Origin: Candidatus Latescibacterota bacterium | Lineage (GTDB): Bacteria > Latescibacterota > UBA2968 > GCA-2709665 | NCBI GenBank assembly: GCA_965237675.1 | Contig: OZ250150.1 | Coordinates: 4,992,001 to 5,056,000, forward strand | Length of the DNA: 64,000 nt | Direction of reading: 5' to 3' | Shown here: positions 57,495-64,000 of the stretch, one piece after another | How the letters are laid out: the number at the start of each line of letters is the position of its first letter | Position numbering within the stretch: the first letter of the stretch is position 1 | The notes under the pieces: model-generated | Seen by the model: only the letters and a program-made list of their open reading frames with translations | What the model was told of the DNA's origin: nothing | The model's database searches: none | Made by a program: the position numbers and the translations under genes

Positions 57495-59024
57495 TCACCA
57501 GACGCCTGCGGCTTTCGACAATTCCTGGTGGCCGAACGCTCGCGCAAATAGTATAAAATCGCCAAATCCGACAACCCCGTCCATATCCAGGTCGTAACTG
57601 GCATACGGCGATTCCAGCCGACCCGTGGTTCGCCCGAACGCCCCGGCGAACATCACGAAATCTCCGAAATCCACGCTTCCATTGTCGTCGAAATCCGCAC
57701 TGTCCGACGCCCGCGTCTGCAGGAACAGCTGCCATATCAACTGATATACCGGATCGTCAATCCGTTTAGTCAGGGCATAGGTGACCACCCCATCGGCGAA
57801 GCCGTTACGCATCTGCGAGATCGCCATTCGCACTTTGTCCTGGATCCGCGATGGCGTTGCCGGCGGCCCGTTTCGTTTCTCGAACTGCGGCCGATGCGCC
57901 GCAATCATTACCACCAGTGGAATACGGAATCGCCCGGCGCCCCGATAGGCCGGTAGCGTTGTCACCCGCCAGGGCGACCGCATTTCCGCCGACCAGGCGC
58001 CGTCTCCGCTCAGCCCTTGGAATTCGATCCCATGAAACTCCACGTCCACGCCGAAATTGGACACCGCCCTGCGATCGTACACCCTGAACGTCACATCCAC
58101 CCGGACCTTACCCTCGACGTAACGCGTAACGTTCAGCGTCACCTTTCGCCACTTCCTGTCCCCGCCGCCGACGTCTTCGTCCCACGCGACCCGCCCATCG
58201 ATCAGGAATTCCTTGAAATGATATCCCGTCGTCGGACCGATATAGTCGTCGCGCTGTGAAAACCGTATCTCGTGGCGTTCGCCGGGATTGACCCGCATCC
58301 GCCGACGGATGGATGCAGCCGATCCGATGGCGGATCGAGTATTCCATGGATACGAGATAAGGTGCCGCTCGGGCTCGACGATCCGGTCGTTCAGGAAACG
58401 CCAGGCCCGCTGTATTGCCGCGGCATCCGCGGGATAGGCCGCCACCGCGCCATCGATCAGAGGGCCGTAATCCGTCACGAACTGTCTGTCGATTTCGGGA
58501 TAATACATCAGTGGCAGGAATCGCATTCCGGGGTTGAATGTTCTCGCGCGCTCCACCATGTTCTTCACATACGCGGGGGTATAAAACGCTGAGTTAGCCA
58601 TAAAATCGTCGATTACGAACGCCGCCAGGTTCGGATGGATCAGCCCCAGCCTCGCAATCTCCTCCGCCCATCTCAGGTAGTCCAGGCGAAAAGGCTCCGA
58701 ATACCGCGTTCCGTAAATCGGCGGACTCTCCGACGGAGGCACCAGATAGGCCCAGACGTCAATGCCCGCGTCCCGCGCCGCCGGCAAAAACAGCTTCAGA
58801 TCGTCCCAGTCCGTCTCCCGGTGCCATATGAGATAAAAATAGGTATCCACACGGAGTTGCGTCAGGCGCGCGATCATGCTCTCGACGTCCAGACGCCCGT
58901 CACCGCCGCGAAGCTCCGCATTATAGTCCGCGAGGAGTCCGGGGTTTTCCAGGAAACCCTCGCGGGCGCTCACCCCGTCCGACCCGCAGCACGCGATCAG
59001 ACCAGACAGGACCCACCACTTCAT
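57495..59024 (-). CDS. Secreted glycoside-hydrolase-like protein with a C-terminal EF-hand dockerin-like domain
   Basis: N-terminal signal; YLVPPSE, IDDF TIM-barrel-like region; DFDDNGSVDFGDFVMFA...YDLDMDGVVGFGDFILFA. Confidence 0.7.
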   Translation of the reverse strand: MKWWVLSGLIACCGSDGVSAREGFLENPGLLADYNAELRGGDGRLDVESMIARLTQLRVDTYFYLIWHRETDWDDLKLFLPAARDAGIDVWAYLVPPSESPPIYGTRYSEPFRLDYLRWAEEIARLGLIHPNLAAFVIDDFMANSAFYTPAYVKNMVERARTFNPGMRFLPLMYYPEIDRQFVTDYGPLIDGAVAAYPADAAAIQRAWRFLNDRIVEPERHLISYPWNTRSAIGSAASIRRRMRVNPGERHEIRFSQRDDYIGPTTGYHFKEFLIDGRVAWDEDVGGGDRKWRKVTLNVTRYVEGKVRVDVTFRVYDRRAVSNFGVDVEFHGIEFQGLSGDGAWSAEMRSPWRVTTLPAYRGAGRFRIPLVVMIAAHRPQFEKRNGPPATPSRIQDKVRMAISQMRNGFADGVVTYALTKRIDDPVYQLIWQLFLQTRASDSADFDDNGSVDFGDFVMFAGAFGRTTGRLESPYASYDLDMDGVVGFGDFILFARAFGHQELSKAAGVW

Positions 59025-59035
59025 TGCCGCGCTCC

Positions 59036-59064
59036 TTGACTAAACACCCTGTTCCGTTTATTTT
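59036..59064 (+). promoter_or_regulatory. Putative sigma70 promoter
   Basis: TTGACT-17 nt-TATTTT, 64 nt upstream of ATG 59128. Confidence 0.5.
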
Positions 59065-59127
59065 ATGCCCCCATAGGCAAGCCCGTACTCGACCTGGCCT
59101 ACTTGAATTTAACAACAATCCCGCCAC

Positions 59128-61119
59128 ATGGCACTGCCAAAACCGCAAAAACCTTCCTTCGAATCGAAAGCCGACCTCCAGGATCGTGGAATCACGCTCC
59201 GTTCGGTGGGAATGGGCGTCATTGTATCGGCCCTCACCAGCGGCTGGATCGCCTATTCGCGCACCGCGGCGGATACGTCGGCGGTCAATATCACACACCT
59301 CCCCGTCTCCTTTCTCGCCATTTTCCTTGTCGTCCTTACGATCAACCTGATCCTTCGCAGGAGACCCGGATCGTCCGGCCTGGGTCCCTCGGAAATGCTC
59401 ACGATCATTGCAATGGGCCTTGTGGCCGCGATGATCCCCGCCCGTGGGCTCACCGGCATCTGGCTGGGCCTGATGGCCGTTCCATACTACCGAAGCACTC
59501 CCGAAAACGGCTGGATCGACTTCATTCAACCTCATCTTCCGGACTATCTTTTCCCTACCAACGACGGCCGGCAGACAACCCTGCTCTACGAAGGGCTGCC
59601 GCCGGGCGCGGACATCCCCTGGAATGTGTGGTACCTCCCGCTCTTCTGGTGGCTCACGCTCATTCTGGCGGGCTTCACCGTTTGCGCCTGCATCGCGGCG
59701 ATCCTTCGAAAACAGTGGGTTGAATACGAACGACTGGACTATCCCCTCCTTGCACCCATTCTGGAAACCATCGACGACATCCAAGACGGGTCGGGCAAGA
59801 ACAAGTGGCCGAACCTCTTTAAGGGCCGCCTCTTCTGGATTGGCTTCGGGATCGCCTTCGGCATTATCGGCTGGAACATGATCTCGTATTTCCAGCCCAC
59901 GTGGCCCCGCATCAGCGTGAGTCCCAACCGGGGCCTGTTCTACTTTGCCCGGATTTTCCCGCCCCTGCTCACCCACATCAATACGTACACGATCGGCTTC
60001 GGTTACTTCGTGAAGCTGGAAATCCTCTTTTCAATCTGGTTCTTCCATTTCCTGCTGATGTCCGAGATCGCCCTGATTCGAAAGACCGGCTTCCAATTCG
60101 GCCGCATGCACAAATCCGGCGGTGGATGGGGTGATCCGCTTGTCCAGTGGCAATGCCTGGGGGCTCTCTTCGTGTTTGTCGCCTGGGGATTCTGGGCGGG
60201 ACGACATCATTTAATGGACGTTTTTCGCAAGGCCTTCTTCAATGACCCACGGGTGGACGATTCCGATGAAATCCTCTCCTACCGGACCGCGGTCATCGGG
60301 TTCATTCTGGGCAACCTCTACATTGTTGCGTGGTTGCACCAGGCGGGGATCGAACTGGCACTGATGGCCATCACCGTTCCGGCGTCGATCATCATCTACA
60401 TCGCCCTGGCGCGGTTCGTCTGTGAGTCCGGCACCCTGTACCTGGGCCTTCCGAACAGCCCCCTGGACATGGGTTACCAGATACTGGGAACCGAGACCCT
60501 TTCCGCTCGGGTCCTTACCGCTTCGGCCACTTCACACGCGCTGCGATGGATGTATTTCATGCCCGCTCTCTCCCAGGGGGCGAAAGCCATCGACCGCGTC
60601 GGAGGAAAACGTCGCGTCCTGTTCTGGGCCGTCCTCGCCGGACTGCTTACCGCTCTGGCCGTAAACATCTGGATCGTGCTCTACCTCGGATATAAGTTCG
60701 GCGCATTCAACTTCACGGAGTACCCGTTCACCCGCTACGCGCCCAGCCTCTACGACGGCATTGTTTCGAATATCAAATCGCCCGAACCGGCCTCCTGGGA
60801 ACGCGTCGTGCTATTCGCCTTCGGCGGCATCCTCATGGCGGTCCTCACGCTTCTGCGCTACCGCCTGCCGTGGTGGCCGCTGCATCCCGTGGGCTTCATC
60901 GTCACCACTACCAGCCTCCTGCACGAAATCACCGCCATTCTCATCGTCTGGCTTTTCAAGGCCATGGTCATGCGCGTGGGCGGGGTACAGCTGTATCGCT
61001 ATTTCCGTCCTCTCTTCTTCGGAATCATTGTCGGCCGGGCCACCGGTGTTCTGGTCTCGTTTCTGGTTGATCTGATCTGGTTTCCCGGCGGCGGCCACGG
61101 CGTACACGGCTGGTCTTGA
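59128..61119 (+). CDS. DUF6785/DUF6784-type polytopic membrane protein (putative transporter)
   Basis: RKQWVEYERLDYPL, FWIGF, FSIWFF, ARFVCESG, WWPLHPVG motifs; many TM segments. Confidence 0.75.
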   Translation: MALPKPQKPSFESKADLQDRGITLRSVGMGVIVSALTSGWIAYSRTAADTSAVNITHLPVSFLAIFLVVLTINLILRRRPGSSGLGPSEMLTIIAMGLVAAMIPARGLTGIWLGLMAVPYYRSTPENGWIDFIQPHLPDYLFPTNDGRQTTLLYEGLPPGADIPWNVWYLPLFWWLTLILAGFTVCACIAAILRKQWVEYERLDYPLLAPILETIDDIQDGSGKNKWPNLFKGRLFWIGFGIAFGIIGWNMISYFQPTWPRISVSPNRGLFYFARIFPPLLTHINTYTIGFGYFVKLEILFSIWFFHFLLMSEIALIRKTGFQFGRMHKSGGGWGDPLVQWQCLGALFVFVAWGFWAGRHHLMDVFRKAFFNDPRVDDSDEILSYRTAVIGFILGNLYIVAWLHQAGIELALMAITVPASIIIYIALARFVCESGTLYLGLPNSPLDMGYQILGTETLSARVLTASATSHALRWMYFMPALSQGAKAIDRVGGKRRVLFWAVLAGLLTALAVNIWIVLYLGYKFGAFNFTEYPFTRYAPSLYDGIVSNIKSPEPASWERVVLFAFGGILMAVLTLLRYRLPWWPLHPVGFIVTTTSLLHEITAILIVWLFKAMVMRVGGVQLYRYFRPLFFGIIVGRATGVLVSFLVDLIWFPGGGHGVHGWS

Positions 61120-61220
61120 GCCTCAACGCTCAAAATCCATTCCTTCCTTGACAGAACCCCTCGTTTCTGCGTTATTTTTCCGCTAAACAATGCCGAGTAA
61201 TCTCTGTGGAGGTTCTGCCC

Positions 61221-62993
61221 ATGACAAAGTGCGGTTTGTTTTCACTTGTTGTTGCCTCGTTGTTATGTACTGCCGCCGCCGCGCAGGACGACCCGCTCCT
61301 TACGAGTTTCCCTCACGAAGTATTCCCAAATTGCCGAATGTGCGGACTGCCTGGCGCCGCAATGTTCGATTACGACAACGACGGCGACCTGGACGTCTAC
61401 GTTGCAAACGGTCATGGGTACCGCAACTACCTGCTCGAAAACGACGGGAACGGTAATTTCAGGGACGTCGCCAGGGAGGCGGGGGTGGCTGCTGTGAAGG
61501 TAGCAACCCACGGCGTGGCGAGCGCCGATATCGACAACGACGGCGACCCGGATCTGTTCGCGGCCACCGACGGACGGAATTATCTCTTCCTGAACAACGG
61601 CGACGGGACGTTTGACGACATCACGGAATCCGCGGGCATCGTCTCCCGTTACTTCTCATCCACCGTTGCGTTTGCCGACGTCGACAACGACGGGTACGTG
61701 GACATTTACGTGGGCGGCGCCGGCGGCGAGAGTGGCGTGGAGATAAACAGACGCGTGGGTACAGGTGAACTCTATCTCAACAATGGCGATCTCACTTTTA
61801 CAGACATTACCGATGAAACCGGCACCGCGGCGACGTACACGTGGTCCGTGCGCTTCTGCGACTATGACGACGACGGAGACCCGGACCTGTTCACCGCCAA
61901 CGACCAGGGTATTTCTCTGGACGTGGATTGGTCTCCCATCCTGCTCCACAGGAACGAGGGGAACCTGAGGTTCACGGACGTCACCAGGGAAGCCCGCCTC
62001 GGAATCACGGGAAGCTGGATGGGGCTTGCGTTCGGAGATTACGATCTGGACGGCGACTTCGACTTATTCGCCACCAACGTCGGCGGCTCCTTCGTGGACA
62101 AGAAGGGTCACCAGGAATACGATCTGCACGGATTCTTCCGCAACGACCAGGGTGTATTCACCAACATTGCCGAAGAATTAAAAGTTACCGGGGAACGCAG
62201 CCTGGCCAAATTGGAATTCGGCTGGGGAACGGTTTTCACGGATTTCGACAACGACGGCGACCTGGACCTGTACTACGTGGGCAACTTCAACATGCTCCTG
62301 GCATATTACAACCCGGGCCACCTGTTGATTAACGACGGGGCCGGGGCGTTCAAAGATTCCACGGCGCGCTACGGTCTGCAGACCGTTGACGGTTCCGGCA
62401 TTCCAACCATCGCGGTTGGCGTTGCGACCGGCGACGTCAACAACGACGGCCACGTCGATATTTTCGTTACAAATGCCGGAACGGATTTCCGAACCGGTTA
62501 TCCGATGCTGTTTACGGAAAAATTCGACGACAACAACTGGATCCGTCTCAAATTGGAAGGCACCGAAAGCAACCGGTCGGCCATCGGCGCCAGGATCCTG
62601 CTGACCGCGGGCGGCAAGACCCAGATTCGCGACGTTGCCAGCGGCGGAAGCAGTTTCTCACAGCACAGCCTCTGGCCGACGTTCGGCATCGGCACCAGCG
62701 CCGTGATTGACTCCATCAACATCCGCTGGCCCAGTGGCATTGTCCAGACGATCAGGGAGGTTGAGCCCAACCAGACCCTTCCAATCCTGGAGGAGCGTCC
62801 GCCCCCTGACGTCGTATACGCCAATCCCCACACCGATTTCAATGGCGACGGTAGCGTCGATTTCAGCGATTTCATCGCCTTTGCCAGGGCGTTCAACACG
62901 GATGATTCAACCTACGATCTGAACGGAAACAACCTGGTTGACTTCACCGATTTTATTGAATTCGCGAAGTCTTTCGGTCGACCGCTGCCGTAG
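61221..62993 (+). CDS. CRTAC1-family (FG-GAP/VCBS repeats + ASPIC/UnbV) protein with a C-terminal dockerin-like domain
   Basis: DYDNDGDLD repeats, N.GDGTF.DIT, SNRSAIGARI, FGIG, IRWPSG; tail DFNGDGSVDFSDF...DLNGNNLVDFTDF; ATG 61221 with GGAGG RBS. Confidence 0.9.
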   Translation: MTKCGLFSLVVASLLCTAAAAQDDPLLTSFPHEVFPNCRMCGLPGAAMFDYDNDGDLDVYVANGHGYRNYLLENDGNGNFRDVAREAGVAAVKVATHGVASADIDNDGDPDLFAATDGRNYLFLNNGDGTFDDITESAGIVSRYFSSTVAFADVDNDGYVDIYVGGAGGESGVEINRRVGTGELYLNNGDLTFTDITDETGTAATYTWSVRFCDYDDDGDPDLFTANDQGISLDVDWSPILLHRNEGNLRFTDVTREARLGITGSWMGLAFGDYDLDGDFDLFATNVGGSFVDKKGHQEYDLHGFFRNDQGVFTNIAEELKVTGERSLAKLEFGWGTVFTDFDNDGDLDLYYVGNFNMLLAYYNPGHLLINDGAGAFKDSTARYGLQTVDGSGIPTIAVGVATGDVNNDGHVDIFVTNAGTDFRTGYPMLFTEKFDDNNWIRLKLEGTESNRSAIGARILLTAGGKTQIRDVASGGSSFSQHSLWPTFGIGTSAVIDSINIRWPSGIVQTIREVEPNQTLPILEERPPPDVVYANPHTDFNGDGSVDFSDFIAFARAFNTDDSTYDLNGNNLVDFTDFIEFAKSFGRPLP

Positions 62994-63005
62994 TAAGAAT
63001 AAAAG

Positions 63006-63031
63006 AGCCCGGCGGGGGTGCCGCCGAGCCC
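63006..63031. terminator. Hairpin between convergent genes
   Basis: gcccggcgg-gggtg-ccgccgagc preceded by an A-run (U-run on the minus strand). Confidence 0.45.
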
Positions 63032-63059
63032 GGTCGATATCTGATTGCAGGACCGCCCT

Positions 63060-63998
63060 TCACGGTTCGTCGACCACCACGAACCCGAGGGAATCCACGG
63101 AAGCGGAACCAAACAGTCCGATTCCCCCCTCAACGTGGAAGAGGGGCCGTCTGAAATTATCGCCCGCGAGCCCCCCGAACCACCCCTCCTGCGCACCGGG
63201 TCCCGAGCGCACATAGTCGTACCAGTTCCTGTCCACCGCGTAAATCCGCATCAGGTGTCGCCCCGAAAAATAGATCGCGAACCAGGGCAGCCTGACTGTA
63301 CCGTCCGTCGACTCCAACGCCGGTGAGCTGCCCGTTCGGACCGGGGCGTCGTCGAACGGCCCGCGGTCCAGCGCGTCGGCATCCGGGTCCAGACTCACAA
63401 TACCGACCTGATAGCCCGGGACTTCGATAGGGTCGAACCTGGCTTCCAGAAACCCCGTCTTGTAAACGACCCTGTTCTCCGGCGCAAGAAAAACCCCATC
63501 CTCCACGTCCGCAAACGTCTTCAGTCTCCGCTGCACCTCTTCAGTCTTCTCATCCAGAACAACGCCCTCCCGCACTCGGAACGGACCGGGAGTGATCGTC
63601 GTCGCCCGCGCCATCCTGCCGTTCGCCGTAACGACCATTACATACTTCGTTTCAGGGGCTACAACCGGCGAATTGGCGGGAGGCGAAAACTGAAACGGAT
63701 TTGCATCAGGATCCCGCACGTACCGAAAGACACGGTCCGCCTGCCGTATTTCCACGGCGGCATCCGGCACCACGGCATTCTTCGGCCTGTCGCGGTCGAC
63801 TGAAGCCACCGTCTGTGTCACGAAAACCGGGGGAAGCGGTCGCCCCACGATCAGCAGCCCGTCAAGCACGAGTTCGCCCGACCCGTTCGGACCGAACAAT
63901 GATTCGGGCGTCCGATCGGCCTGACAGGCCGATGTCAGCAAGCAGCATGCGACAGCCGCGAGTTCACAGGCCGCGATCCGCAAATTCATTGCACGCAT
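63060..63998 (-). CDS. DUF4249-like lipoprotein
   Basis: Lipobox LTSAC, LVLDGLL, ARATT.TP, AVDRNWYDY, HVEGGIGLFGSA; the start lies at the window edge. Confidence 0.7.
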   Translation of the reverse strand: MRAMNLRIAACELAAVACCLLTSACQADRTPESLFGPNGSGELVLDGLLIVGRPLPPVFVTQTVASVDRDRPKNAVVPDAAVEIRQADRVFRYVRDPDANPFQFSPPANSPVVAPETKYVMVVTANGRMARATTITPGPFRVREGVVLDEKTEEVQRRLKTFADVEDGVFLAPENRVVYKTGFLEARFDPIEVPGYQVGIVSLDPDADALDRGPFDDAPVRTGSSPALESTDGTVRLPWFAIYFSGRHLMRIYAVDRNWYDYVRSGPGAQEGWFGGLAGDNFRRPLFHVEGGIGLFGSASVDSLGFVVVDEP

Positions 63999-64000
63999 CC

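Overview
GC-rich bacterial window with no rRNA, tRNA, CRISPR array or intact transposase that I can see. The gene content (GWxTD/TPR proteins, a PorV-like barrel, T9SS/FlgD-type C-terminal domains, EF-hand dockerins, a DUF6785 membrane protein, PhyH, a sulfatase) suggests an FCB-superphylum organism such as Latescibacterota or Gemmatimonadota; this is inference only. 1-23.5 kb holds housekeeping and catabolic enzymes: mazG, enolase superfamily, sulfatase-like, two HpcH aldolases, a DegT aminotransferase, NUDIX, purB, arsC, CocE, WD40, M20 hydrolase, two isochorismatases, Gfo/Idh/MocA and PhyH. 24-64 kb is a cell-envelope region: two TPR membrane glycosyltransferase-like proteins (one TMTC-like), two GWxTD-like TPR proteins, an OMP/TonB-receptor/CTD-protein/PorV operon, and a 2255-aa FN3 + 22x Ig-like repeat surface protein ending in a dockerin. 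That gene is followed directly by a small signal-peptide + cohesin + T9SS-type CTD gene. Best novel-system candidate: a cohesin-dockerin adaptor that could export or anchor CTD-less dockerin cargo (three such cargos in this window). The giant cargo has cysteine co-variation that predicts inter-domain disulfide staples. Several MITE/REP-like elements and gene remnants are also present.
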